A stretch of 64,000 nucleotides of DNA from positions 19,220,001 through 19,284,000 of the forward strand of contig OZ024761.1 of assembly GCA_964016885.1 (NCBI GenBank), read 5' to 3'. Made by a program: the position numbers and the translations under genes. Of the stretch, positions 26,863 to 39,263 are shown piece after piece. The notes under the pieces were generated by a model that saw only the letters and a list, made by a program, of their open reading frames with translations, did not search any database and was not told the DNA's origin. Position 1 is the first letter of the stretch. The number at the start of each line of letters is the position of its first letter. Source of the stretch: Eledone cirrhosa. Its lineage: Eukaryota.

Positions 26863-27477
26863 TTACCTCTGCATTTGGTTACCCCTGTGACCACGACCGC
26901 GGAAGCCACGCCCACCTCGCATTCGACTGCCCATCACACCTCCACGGCTCCGCCCCAGGTGTCCCCTGTTGCTAACCAGCATGCCCTTGTTGCCACCTCC
27001 CCTCGGCTGCGACGAACCTCGACTGGGGTTGCCTCCCCTTCCGGAGACGCCCCCTCGACCGGACACTCCGCCACGACCGTCCTTGTTGCCCCTCTCCGAG
27101 CTGTTGTTGCCAGGCTTGTTCTTGGGGGGTGGCGATTTCGGTCGGAGCCTTTCGATCTCGTCCGTGCAGCCGGTCAAGTGTCCGAACACGTCCTTGTTCA
27201 CGATCTGTTTGTACATGTTGGCATTGAAGTTGCTGCTGGTCAACTCCGGCCCTATGGTCACCCAGCCCGGACGGATCGTGCTGTCCCTGCCAAATATGTG
27301 CAGCCGTCTCTTGCCCAGACAAAAGTGCTCGATAATGTGGAAGATCTCGACTGGTTTGTCCTTGCTGGAGTACTCAGACTCCTCTTCAATGATCAGGTCA
27401 ATGTCAACGTTGGCGTGAATGAAGTCCCCGTCAGTGCTGCGCTTCACTGTCCCCTTTATACCCATCAGGCAGTGCTC
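26863..27477 (-). CDS. METTL14: METTL14 exon 10 (MT-A70 C-terminus and RGG tail)
   Basis: cag|[30 protein letters not shown]...[13 protein letters not shown]...RGG repeats...MQR*. Confidence 0.96.
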   Translation of the reverse strand, partial: EHCLMGIKGTVKRSTDGDFIHANVDIDLIIEEESEYSSKDKPVEIFHIIEHFCLGKRRLHIFGRDSTIRPGWVTIGPELTSSNFNANMYKQIVNKDVFGHLTGCTDEIERLRPKSPPPKNKPGNNSSERGNKDGRGGVSGRGGVSGRGGNPSRGSSQPRGGGNKGMLVSNRGHLGRSRGGVMGSRMRGGRGFRGRGHRGNQMQR

Positions 27478-27779
27478 CTGGAATAAGAAACAGAGAGGAA
27501 CATCATCATCATCATCATCATATCCTTGTCACCAAACATTACAAACATCCTCTTCATAACTACAATCACCATCATCATCAATATAATCTCCATCATCATC
27601 ATCACTATAATCAACATCACCATCATCATCATTATAATCACCATCACCATCATCATCAATATAATCTCCATCATCATCATCACTATAATCACTATCATCA
27701 TCACTATAATCACCATCATCATCACCACAATCATCATCACTATAACCCTATAATCATCACTACAACCATCATCATAACT

Positions 27780-28945
27780 AAAATCCTCTTCATCACTATT
27801 ACCATCCCCTTCATCACTATTACCACCCCCTTCATCACCATTACCACCCCCTTCATCACTATTACCACCCCCTTCATCACTATTACCACCCCCTTCATCA
27901 CTATTACCACCCCCTTCATCACTATTACCACCCCCTTCATCACTATTACCATCCTTCTTCATCACTATTACCACCCCCTTCATCACTATTACCACCCTCT
28001 TCATCACTATTACCACCCCCTTCATCACTATTACCACCCCCTTCATTACTATTACCACCCCCTTCATCACTATTACCACCCCCTTCATCACTATTACCAC
28101 CCCCTTCATCACTATTACCACCCCCTTCATCACTATTACCACCCCCTTCATTACTATTACCACCCCCTTCATCACTATTACCACCCCCTTCATCACTATT
28201 ACCACCCCCTTCATCACTATTACCATCCCCTTCATTACTATTACCACCCCCTTCATCACTATTACCACCCCCTTCATCACTATTACCATCCTTCTTCATC
28301 ACTATTACCACCCCCTTCATCACTATTACCACCCCCTTCATCACTATTACCACCCCCTTCATCACTATTACCACCCCCTTCATCACTATTACCACCCCCT
28401 TCATCACTATTACCACCCCCTTCATCACTATTACCATCCCCTTCATCACTATTACCACCCCCTTCATTACTATTACCACCCCCTTCATCACTATTACCAC
28501 CCCCTTCATCACTATTACCACCCCCTTCATTACTATTACCACCCCCTTCATCACTATTACCACCCCCTTCATCACTATTACCACCCCCTTCATCACTATT
28601 ACCACCCCCTTCCTCACTATTACCACCCCCTTCCTCACTATTACCACCCCCTTCCTCACTATTACCACCCCTTTCATCACTATTACCACCCCCTTCATCA
28701 CTATTACCACCCCCTTCATCACTATTACCACCCCCTTCATCACTATTACCACCCCCTTCATCACTATTACCACCCCCTTCATCACTATTATCATCCCCTT
28801 CATTACTATTACCACCCCCTTCCTCACTATTACCACCCCCTTCATCACTATTACCACCCCCTTCCTCACTATTACCACCCCCTTCATCACTATTATCATC
28901 CCCTTCATCACTATTACCACCCCCTTCATCACTATTATCATCTTC
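27780..28945. repeat. 21-bp minisatellite, about 55 copies
   Basis: Unit ccacccccttcatcactatta. Confidence 0.96.
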
Positions 28946-29199
28946 TTCATAACATCACTACTATTACCCTCTACAAAACATCACTATTATCATCCTCACC
29001 ATTGTCATATCCTTGTCACAAGCCACCATTACAATCATCACATCACATCACATCACTATTATCATCCTCTGACCTGATTAACGGCAGCGGGGGTGCTCTG
29101 AGAGCATAATATCTAGACTAAGGATAAGATGGAAGAAGTTTAGAGAGCTACTCCCACTGTTAACAACAAAGGGTTTCTACCTATGTACAAAAGGACAAC

Positions 29200-29790
29200 T
29201 GTAAGACACCTGAGTGCGAAGTGTGATGCTGCATGGTAATATAACATGGGCAGTGACTGCAGAAGACATGCGAAGACTGGAGAGAAATGAAGCAACAACC
29301 ATACTGTGTTGGATGTGCAATGTAAATTTGAGAGAAAGGCAAAGCTTAGACGAGCTGAGGGAGAAACTGGGTTTTCTCTACCTCTTTCTGTTGAAACTGG
29401 CTGTAACTGGTCGCTCAAACTGATGTTAAGGTATTGTTCTCAAAATAAATACTTTCAAAATCTCATAGATTCGATATTATGTGAGATAATTATGTGAGGT
29501 AAAGCCTTTACCATGAAAATATAATAGTTAAAAGGGTTAAGAGGAATCTGAGGTGATGTGCTAGAAAGAAGACTGTGTTGGTAAGATGGCTGAAAAAGTG
29601 GAAGGAAGCGACAGTAGAGGTAGACCAAAGAAGACCTGGGCAGAGGTGGTGAGAACTGATCTCAAATTGCTGAGACTCACAGAGGAGATGACAAAGGAAC
29701 ACAGCGAATGCTGTGCTGAAAAGGACCCATCCAACCCATGCAAGCATAGAAAAATGAATGTAAAAACGATGATGATGATAATGATGATGC
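29200..29790 (+). mobile_element. RTE LINE 3' fragments interrupted by a MITE piece
   Basis: VRSVMLHG..TWAV..MRRLERNEA and RGRPKKTWAEVVRTDL, ending in an (ATG)n tail. Confidence 0.75.
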
Positions 29791-29847
29791 AATAATAATG
29801 ACGAAAACCCCCATCAAAACCCCCCCAAAAAGCAAATCAAAAGTTAC

Positions 29848-29964
29848 CTTGGTCCTCTGAAAAGTAGCATTTGGTTGCAGATTCTTATTGTGACCTGGGT
29901 TTTTGATGTTGGTTTTCACCCAACAAATGTCCTCACATCGTCTGAAACCCCACCGTTTAAGACA
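29848..29964 (-). CDS. METTL14: METTL14 exon 9
   Basis: cag|[39 protein letters not shown]|gtaact. Confidence 0.97.
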
Positions 29965-30384
29965 CTGCAAGAAAAACAAAAGAAATACATCATATATGGT
30001 ATTTCCTAACACCTTCATCCACGTCCCTACACCTCCATCCTTCACCAGATAAGTACCCTAACCTAGATCTACCTCTCCAATCCCCATGAGTAAACTTATT
30101 CCAAGGGCCCTTCAGAGGAACCCTTTTTCAGTCACTTGTATTCGTGATCATGTTCTTTCGTTCGTTACACCAAATTTCAAAATTGCCTTGAATTCTTTTA
30201 ATAATGTGGCCCGCTTAATGATGAACCATATCCTATGCAGCCAACTATTCGAAAAAGGTTGCCCATGCCTGCTTTATACCATAGAACCAGGAGTGGTCTT
30301 TGGCAGAAAAAAAAACAATGACTATAAAAATGAGAAAATATAGAGAAAGTTTTCTAAAATAATTTATTTCTAGATCCTACTTAC

Positions 30385-30477
30385 CGTTCTTCCTCTCTCG
30401 AGACCTTCAGCATTGCCACACCAAATCCACAAAAATGACCGCTGGGCAGCAACTGCTGGAATGTCCAAGCGCTCAAT
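30385..30477 (-). CDS. METTL14: METTL14 exon 8
   Basis: cag|IERLDIPAVAAQRSFLWIWCGNAEGLERGRT|gtaagt. Confidence 0.96.
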
Positions 30478-30507
30478 CTGGTACAAAGAAAAATAAACAT
30501 AATGCCA

Positions 30508-31402
30508 GATCAGATCTGATAATACAGTCAATCTGATAGTGTTGACTAATAATACAGACATCAGATCTGATAATACAGTCAATCTGATAGTGTTGACTAA
30601 TAATACAGGCATCAGATCTGATAATACAGTCAATCTGATAGTGTTGACTAATAATACAGGCATCAGATCTGATAATAGAGGCAGTCTGATAGTGTTGACT
30701 AATAATACAGACATCAGATCTGATAATACAGTCAATCTGATAGTGTTGACTAATAATACAGACATCAGATCTGATAATACAGGCAGTCTGATAGTGTTGA
30801 CTAATAATACAGGCATCAGATCTGATAATAGAGGCAGTCTGATAGTGCTGACTAACAATACAGACATCAGATCTGATAATACAGGCAGTCTGATAGTGTT
30901 GACTAACAATACAGACATCAGATCTGATAATAAAGGTAGTCTGATAGTGTTGACTAATAATACAGACATCAGATCTGATAATACAGGCAGTCTGATAGTG
31001 TTGAGTAATAATACAGACATCAGATCTGATAATAGAGGCAGTCTGATAGTGTTGACTAATAATACAGACATCAGATCTGATAATAGAGGCAGTCTGATAG
31101 TGTTGACTAATAATACAGACATCAGATCTGATAATACAGGCAGTCTGATAGTGTTGAGTAATAATACAGACATCAGATCTGATAATAGAGGCAGTCTGAT
31201 AGTGTTGACTAACAATACAGGCATCAGATCTGATAATAGAGGCAGTCTGATAGTGTTGACTAATAATACAGACATCAGATCTGATAATACAGGCAGTCTG
31301 ATAGTGTTGACTAATAATACAGACATCAGATCCAATGCCAAATCAGATCCGATAGTACAAGCAGTCTGATAGTGTTGATTAATAATACAGACATCAGATC
31401 TG
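30508..31402. repeat. 45-bp minisatellite, about 19 copies
   Basis: Unit catcagatctgataatacaggcagtctgatagtgttgactaataatacaga-like; 15-aa periodic ORFs. Confidence 0.95.
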
Positions 31403-32039
31403 ATGCTAGATCCAATATCCAATCCCAGACCCCAGATCCCGGAGCTAAGCTGAGCTGAGCTGGACAGAGCTAAGCTGAGCTGGACAGAGCTAAGTTAAGC
31501 TAAGCGAAGCCGAGCTGGACGGAGTTGAGCCAAGCCAAGCTGAGCTGGACGGAGCTGAGTTGAGCCTGAGCCAAGCTGAGCTGGACGGAGCTGAGTTGAG
31601 CCTGAGCCAAGCCAAGCTGGACAAAATTGAGCTAAAGCAAGCTGAGTCATAGTCTGATTATATATATATATATATACCAAATACACCATTTCAAGGGCAA
31701 GTGGATTGCAGAATCAGTAGAGCGTTATACAAAATATATCGTGATATAGTAGTTTTATCTATTTATATTCTAAGTATTTAACCCTTTAGCATTTACATTA
31801 TTCTATATTTACTATTATGTTTTCATGGTATAGACTTTATTTCACATAATTATCTCACATAATATCAAATCTATGAGATTTTGATATCATTCATTTTGAG
31901 AACAATGCCTTAACATCAGTATGAACAGCCAGTTACATCTGGTTTGAACAGAAAGAGGTGAGAGAATTCTGGCCGGATACGGCTGGTTTAAATGCTAAAG
32001 GGTTAAGAAATCAATAATAGGAAAAACAACAACATTCAC

Positions 32040-32178
32040 CTCATCCCAACTCCAATATTTGTCATGTACGACCCCGTGAGATCGCTGGTATTCCTCCAAA
32101 GGTGGCTCAATTAATATGACATCAAACTTACAGTCGAGGTCGTTGAAGTCAAACGTCTCCAAGTCACATGTGAGGTAC
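32040..32178 (-). CDS. METTL14: METTL14 exon 7
   Basis: tag|(M)YLTCDLETFDFNDLDCKFDVILIEPPLEEYQRSHGVVHDKYWSWDE|gtgaat; EPPL in place of the catalytic DPPW, diagnostic of METTL14. Confidence 0.97.
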
Positions 32179-32235
32179 CTAGGGGTTAGAAACAAAAATA
32201 AAAGAAGTGACGGAGTAATTGTGTGTATCCATGTG

Positions 32236-32270
<35 letters not shown>

Positions 32271-32287
32271 TCAGATGTCTATATATA

Positions 32288-33173
32288 CAGGGTGTGGACG
32301 ATATTTGTTCGCAATTTTTAAATGCTAATTTTATGCAAATTTTTTTACTTCCGTTGTCACTCTTGTCTTCATAAAAACTGACTATATTTCCATTATTTAT
32401 TTTCAGAATAATTGATTATGAATAATTTTGAACCTCCAAATTTGTGGAAGAGACACGGAGTTCTTCTTGGAATCCGCACCGAGAGGACAAATAAGACCAG
32501 AAGATCAACTCCCAGAACAACAGGTGGCTCGCTGTCTCATCTGAAAACGTGCCCAGAGTCATGCAAAGTTTCTAGCGACAACATTGGTCTTAGGTGTTGT
32601 CAGCAGTCAAGGTGTCGTCCTGCCACCTCACTTCTTCCCTGAGGGTCTCAAGCTGAACACTGATGGCTACATCCGCGTTCTGAGCGAGGTAGTAAAGCCC
32701 TGGATCGACCAGGTAGCTGCAGGTAGGCCGTACGTGTGGCAGCAAGACTCAGCGCCCTGCCATACCAGCCGGAAGACCCAAGCCTGGCTGTCAGAGAACT
32801 TCGTCGACCACACTTCACCTGACATCTGGCCTCCCAGCTCGCCTGACTGCAACCCCCTCGACTTCTTTGTGTAGGGCGCAGTGGAACGAGACACCAACAG
32901 ATCTAACTGCAATACGAAAGACGATCTGAAGGCCAAGATCACAAGTGCCGTTAGGGGCCTAAGTCAGGGGACAGTGACAAAGGCCTGTAGCCGGTTTCCA
33001 AGGTCACCTTGAGGGCGTCATCAAAGCCAATGGCGGGTTTATCGAGTGAGATCGAAAGAACAAGTCATGAAGACAAACTGACCCAAATTTGATAAATATA
33101 TCTTAAAAAATAAAACTACTGTGTTACTTTTTCCTAGACAGTAATCTTGCGAACAAATATCGTCCGCACCCTG
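32288..33173 (+). mobile_element. Internally deleted Tc1/mariner (DD37D/maT) transposon
   Basis: About 27-bp TIRs CAGGGTG(T/C)GGACGATATTTGTTCGCAA, TA flanks; WQQDSAPCH...WPPSSPDCNPLDF with 37 residues between the two Asp. Confidence 0.93.
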
Positions 33174-33186
33174 TATATGAATGTTT

Positions 33187-33495
33187 CATCATCATCATTT
33201 CATTTTACGTCCGCTTTTTCCCTGCTTGCAAGGGTGGGACGGGAACTGATTCTGGCTTGATTTCTACAACTGGATGCCCTTCCTAACACCAACCTCATTT
33301 AGTGTGAGTGCTGGGTGCTTTTTTGCTATGGCACCTCCACGACCACTCTACAGTGGAATGATATGGACCCCAGTCCCTATCATCTCATTTCTACAGCTGA
33401 GTAAACTGGAGCAATGTGAAATAAAGTGTCTTGCTCAAGGAAACAACACATCACACCGGTCTGAGAATTGAACTCACAACCTTTCGATTGCAAGG
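33187..33495 (-). mobile_element. SINE family A copy, slightly 5'-truncated
   Basis: Reverse complement of family A; another partial copy at 22276-22544. Confidence 0.88.
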
Positions 33496-34029
33496 TGTAT
33501 ATGAATGTGTATATATATATGTGTGTGTGTTCATGTGTCTATATCTGTGTGTGTTCATGTGTCTATATCTGTGTGTTCATGTGTCTATCTATATCTGTGT
33601 GTGTATGTATATGTGTATGTATATGTGTTTGTGTTCATGTGTCTATATCTGTGTGTTCATGTGTCTATCTATATCTGTGTTTGTATGTATATGTGTATAT
33701 ATATATGTGTTTGTGTCAGTTCATATGTGTTTATCTATATCTATGTTCATGTGTATTTGTATGTGTGTTTGTACGTGAGTATATATATTTATGTTTGTGT
33801 ATCTGTATCTATATGTGTGTGAGTGTGTGTGTATATGTATCTGTGTGTGTGTGTGTGTGTATCTATGTGTTTGTAAGTGCCACTTACATGGGATACATTA
33901 CAGTATAGGCCATAGTAGAGAGAGATGTGCTACTGTACAGTATATGTTGTAGTATAGATTGATACCACAATACAGTATAGGCCATAGTAGAGAGAGATGC
34001 CATTGTAGTAGCTACAATAGAGTATAGGC

Positions 34030-37000
34030 ACCAGTACAGTACAGGCTGTAGTATACAGAGAGAGGTGCTACTATACAGTACAGGCTGTAGTATAGAGAGA
34101 AAGGTGTTACTGTACAGTACAGGCTGTAGTATAGAGAGAGGTGCTACTGTACAGTACAGGCTGTAGTATAGAGAGAAAGGTGTTACTGTACAGTACAGGC
34201 TGTAGTATAGAGAGAGGTGCTACTGTACAGTACAGGCTGTAGTATAGAGAGAAAGGTGTTACTGTACAGTACAGGCTGTAGTATAGAGAGAGAGGTGCTA
34301 CTGTACAGTACAGGATGTAGTATAGAGAGAAAGGTGTTACTGTACAGTACAGGCTGTAGTATAGAGAGAGAGGTGCTACTGTACAGTACAGGCTGTAGTA
34401 TAGAGAGAGAGGTGCTACTATACAGTACAGGCTGTAGTATAGAGAGAAAGGTGTTACTGTACAGTACAGGATGTAGTATAGAGAGAAAGGTGTTACTGTA
34501 CAGTACAGGCTGTAGTATAGAGAGACAGGTGTTACTGTACAGTACAGGCTGTAGTATAGAGAGAGAGGTGCTACTGTACAGTACAGGCTGTAGTATAGAG
34601 AGAGAGGTGTTACTGTACAGTACAGGCTGTAGTATAGAGAGAGAGGTGCTACTGTACAGTACAGGCTGTAGTATAGAGAGAAAGGTGTTACTGTACAGTA
34701 CAGGCTGTAGTATAGAGAGAGAGGTGCTACTATACAGTACAGGCTGTAGTATAGAGAGAAAGGTGTTACTGTACAGTACAGGCTGTAGTATAGAGAGAGA
34801 GGTGCTACTGTACAGTACAGGATGTAGTATAGAGAGAAAGGTGCTACTGTACAGTACAGGATGTAGTATAGAGAGAAAGGTGTTACTGTACAGTACAGGC
34901 TGTAGTATAGAGAGACAGGTGTTACTGTACAGTACAGGCTGTAGTATAGAGAGAGAGGTGCTACTGTACAGTACAGGCTGTAGTATAGAGAGAGAGGTGT
35001 TACTGTACAGTACAGGCTGTAGTATAGAGAGAGAGGTGCTACTGTACAGTACAGGCTGTAGTATAGAGAGAGAGGTGCTACTGTACAGTACAGGCTGTAG
35101 TATAGAGAGGTGCTACTGTACAGTACAGGCTGTAGTATAGAGAGGTGCTACTGTACAGTACAGGCTGTAATATAGAGAGGGAGGTGTTACTGTACAGTAC
35201 ATGCTGTAGTATAGAGAGAGAGGTGCTACTGTACAGTACAGGCTGTAGTATAGAGAGAGAGGTGCTACTGTACAGTACAGGCTGTAGTATAGAGAGGTGC
35301 TACTGTAGAGTACAGGCTGTAGTATACAGAGGGAGGTGCTACTGTACAGTACAGGCTGTAGTATAGTGAGAAAGGTGTTACTGTACAGTACAGGCTGTAG
35401 TATAGAGAGAGAGAGGTGCTACTGTACAGTACAGGCTGTAGTATAGAGAGAGAGGTGCTACTGTACAGTACAGGCTGTAGTATAGAGAGAGAGGTGTTAC
35501 TGTACAGTACAGGCTGTAGTATAGAGAGACAGGTGCTACTGTACAGTACATGCTGTAGTATAGAGAGACAGGTGCTACTGTACAGTACAGGCTGTAGTAT
35601 AGAGAGAGAGGTGCTACTGTACAGTACAGGCTGTAGTATAGAGAGAGAGGTGTTACTGTACAGTACAGGCTGTAGTATAGAGAGAGAGGTGCTACTGTAC
35701 AGTACAGGCTGTAGTATAGAGAGAGAGGTGCTACTGTACAGTACAGGCTGTAGTATAGAGAGGTGCTACTGTACAGTACAGGCTGTAATATAGAGAGGGA
35801 GGTGTTACTGTACAGTACATGCTGTAGTATAGAGAGAGAGGTGCTACTGTACAGTACAGGCTGTAGTATAGAGAGAGAGGTGCTACTGTACAGTACAGGC
35901 TGTAGTATAGAGAGGTGCTACTGTAGAGTACAGGCTGTAGTATACAGAGGGAGGTGCTACTGTACAGTACAGGCTGTAGTATAGTGAGAAAGGTGTTACT
36001 GTACAGTACAGGCTGTAGTATAGAGAGAGAGAGGTGCTACTGTACAGTACAGGCTGTAGTATAGAGAGAGAGGTGCTACTGTACAGTACAGGCTGTAGTA
36101 TAGAGAGAGAGGTGTTACTGTACAGTACAGGCTGTAGTATAGAGAGACAGGTGCTACTGTACAGTACATGCTGTAGTATAGAGAGACAGGTGCTACTGTA
36201 CAGTACAGGCTGTAGTATAGAGAGAGAGGTGCTACTGTACAGTACAGGCTGTAGTATAGAGAGAGAGGTGTTACTGTACAGTACAGGCTGTAGTATAGAG
36301 AGAGAGGTGCTACTGTACAGTACAGGCTGTAGTATAGAGAGAGAGGTGCTACTGTACAGTACAGGCTGTAGTATAGAGAGGTGCTACTGTACAGTACAGG
36401 CTGTAATATAGAGAGGGAGGTGTTACTGTACAGTACATGCTGTAGTATAGAGAGAGAGGTGCTACTGTACAGTACAGGCTGTAGTATAGAGAGAGAGGTG
36501 CTACTGTACAGTACAGGCTGTAGTATAGAGAGGTGCTACTGTAGAGTACAGGCTGTAGTATACAGAGGGAGGTGCTACTGTACAGTACAGGCTGTAGTAT
36601 AGTGAGAAAGGTGTTACTGTACAGTACAGGCTGTAGTATAGAGAGAGAGAGGTGCTACTGTACAGTACAGGCTGTAGTATAGAGAGAGAGGTGCTACTGT
36701 ACAGTACAGGCTGTAGTATAGAGAGAGAGGTGTTACTGTACAGTACAGGCTGTAGTATAGAGAGACAGGTGCTACTGTACAGTACATGCTGTAGTATAGA
36801 GAGACAGGTGCTACTGTACAGTACAGGCTGTAGTATAGAGAGAGAGATGCTACTGTACAGTACAGGCTGTAGTATAGAGAGACAGGTGTTACTGTACAGT
36901 ACAGGCTGTAGTATAGAGAGAAAGGTGTTACTGTACAGTACATGCTGTAGTATAGAGAGAGAGGTGCTACTGTACAGTACAGGCTGTAGTATAGAGAGGT

Positions 37001-37080
37001 GCTACTGTACAGTACAGGCTGTAGTATACAGAGGTGCTACTGTACAGTACAGGCTGTAGTATAGAGAGACAGGTGTTACT
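34030..37080. repeat. 39-bp satellite (about 3 kb) with 618-bp higher-order repeat
   Basis: Unit aggtgctactgtacagtacaggctgtagtatagagagag; variant pattern recurs at 35145, 35763, 36381. Confidence 0.96.
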
Positions 37081-37083
37081 TAC

Positions 37084-37174
37084 ATGGGAGGAGTGTTTGA
37101 CTTTCCAATTAAACTGTCTTTCAGTCGGATCAATTCTCTCAACTTGGGATATTCTTCAAATCTGTTGGCCAACC
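37084..37174 (-). CDS. METTL14: METTL14 exon 6
   Basis: tag|(G)[29 protein letters not shown]|gtaagt. Confidence 0.97.
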
Positions 37175-37259
37175 CTACAAAAATGGGTTAAAACAGATGA
37201 CAGAGTTAAGGGGACAATGGATTAATGAGGGAGCTTGAACTGATTAAACAAGGGTTTGG

Positions 37260-38035
37260 ATAGATTATAGAGGGAGTTTGGACAGACTGATTGAGGGGCT
37301 AGATTATAGAAGGAGTTTGGACGGACTGATTATGGGAGTAGGTTATATAGAGGGAGTTTGGATAGACTGATTGAGGGGGTAGGTTATATAGAGGGAGTTT
37401 GGATAGACTGATTGAGGGGGTAGGTTATATAGAGGGAGTTTGGATAGACTGATTGAGGGGGTAGGTTATATAGAGGGAGTTTGGATAGACTGATTGAGGG
37501 GGTAGGTTATATAGAGGGAGTTTGGATAGACTGATTGAGGGGGTAGGTTATATAGAGGGAGTTTGGATAGACTGATTGAGGGGGTAGGTTATATAGAGGG
37601 AGTTTGGATAGACTGATTGAGGGGGTAGGTTATATAGAGGGAGTTTGGACGGACTGATTGAGGGGGTAGGTTATATAGAGGGAGTTTGGACGGACTGATT
37701 GAGGGGGTAGGTTATATAGAGGGAGTTTAGATAGACTGATTGAAAGGGATAGATTATAGAGGGAGTTTGGATAGACTGATTGAGGGGGTAGGTTATATAG
37801 AGGATGTTTAGATAGACTGATTGAAAGGGATAGATGAGAGAGGGAGTTTAGACAGACTGATTGAGGGGGTAGGTTATATAGAGGATGTTTAGATAGACTG
37901 ATTGAAAGGGATAGATTATAGAGGGAGTTTAGACAGACTGATTGAGGGGATAGGTTATATAGAGAGAGGGTGGGCAGACTGATTGAGGGGGTAGGTTATA
38001 TAGAGAGAGTTTGGACAGACTGATTGACAGGGATA
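37260..38035. repeat. 41-bp G-rich minisatellite, about 19 copies
   Basis: agggagtttg recurs at 37351 and 37392. Confidence 0.95.
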
Positions 38036-38412
38036 GATTAAAAACAGGAGGATCAAACTGGTTGGTATCATCATCATCATCATCATCATCATCATCGTTT
38101 AACGTCCATCTTCCACGCTTGCATGGGTTTAGACGGGAATTTTCCCACTTGAGGCAAGATTGGTTGTCTTGCTCGTATAGGACTGTCCGGCGGGTTTTCT
38201 ACGGCTGGATGCCCTTCCTAACACCAACCACGTTTACAGTGTGGACTGGGAGGTTTTTACCGTGTTACCTACACGGCCACATTACAGCGTGGACCGTGTG
38301 TTTTTTTTGTCGTGACACCTACACGACCTCATTTATTTCGGCCTGGATGTTGTGGTACCAACATAATAATTGGTATATTGGACAAAATAAAAAATAAAAT
38401 CGAAAAGCTTAC

Positions 38413-38500
38413 CAACATCTCTGATGAAATTCTGGGGACGTTCCCCTGTGTCAACAAAATGTTGGCAGTAATCATTGTGGGGGTTAGCACTCTGTGTCCC
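38413..38500 (-). CDS. METTL14: METTL14 exon 5
   Basis: tag|[29 protein letters not shown]|gtaagc. Confidence 0.97.
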
Positions 38501-39197
38501 CTAAAATGGAAAACAATTTACAATATATACTCGAATATAAGCCGAGGAATGTGACCAAAAACAAAATCAATGGTAAAACAGGATATATACACTTATATAC
38601 ACCATCTAAACACGTGTTGACTAGCTGCTTCAGTTTATAAACAGGGTTTCGTGTACCTATTCTAAACGAGACACATACAGGGACACTGTGTACAATAGGT
38701 ACACTGTATCCCTGTGTATCTGGTTTAGAATAGGTACACTGTATCCTTGTGTATCTGGTTTAGAATAGGTACACTGTATCCCTGTATATCAGTATATCAG
38801 GTTTACAATAGGTATACTGTAAAAAATGGTGGAAAGAATTGATCATCTCTTTGATCCTTGACATAACATAGGTGTATAAATATATAAATTTTTAATATAT
38901 AAATTTTTAGAGATATCTAACACACTACAGAACATCAAACTCAGAAATGTACAGGAATCAGTATATATTTACAGAACTATCAAACCCCAACTACACAAGA
39001 CCAGACAACAACTGCTTATATACTATACTGGAATTCGTGTACATTTACAGAACTGTCAAACCCCAACTACAGAAGATCAAACTCAGAAATGTACAGGAAT
39101 CAGTATATATTTACAGAACTATCAAACCACATATACTGGAATCAGTATAGATTTATATAACTGTCAAAGCCACGCTACTGAAGATGAGACAACTTAC

Positions 39198-39263
39198 CTT
39201 GAGAAATGTACTGGAATCAGTGTAGATTTCTTCAGGTTCATATTCATCAATGTCATCCAAAAC
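39198..39263 (-). CDS. METTL14: METTL14 exon 4
   Basis: cag|VLDDIDEYEPEEIYTDSSTFLK|gtaagt; Y-x-DSSTFLK motif. Confidence 0.94.

Noticed and set aside
26770-27486. 238-aa plus-strand ORF
   Set aside because: Antisense shadow of the GC-rich METTL14 exon 10.
33274-33471. Recurrent ORF MPFLTPTSF..LEQCEIKCLAQG as a small gene family
   Set aside because: Antisense translation of SINE family A.
27465-37059. ORFs of 270-350 aa with periodic sequence (MKGVVIV, LSDLMSVLL, LLYSTGCSIERE)
   Set aside because: Translations of 21-, 45- and 39-bp minisatellites inside METTL14 introns.
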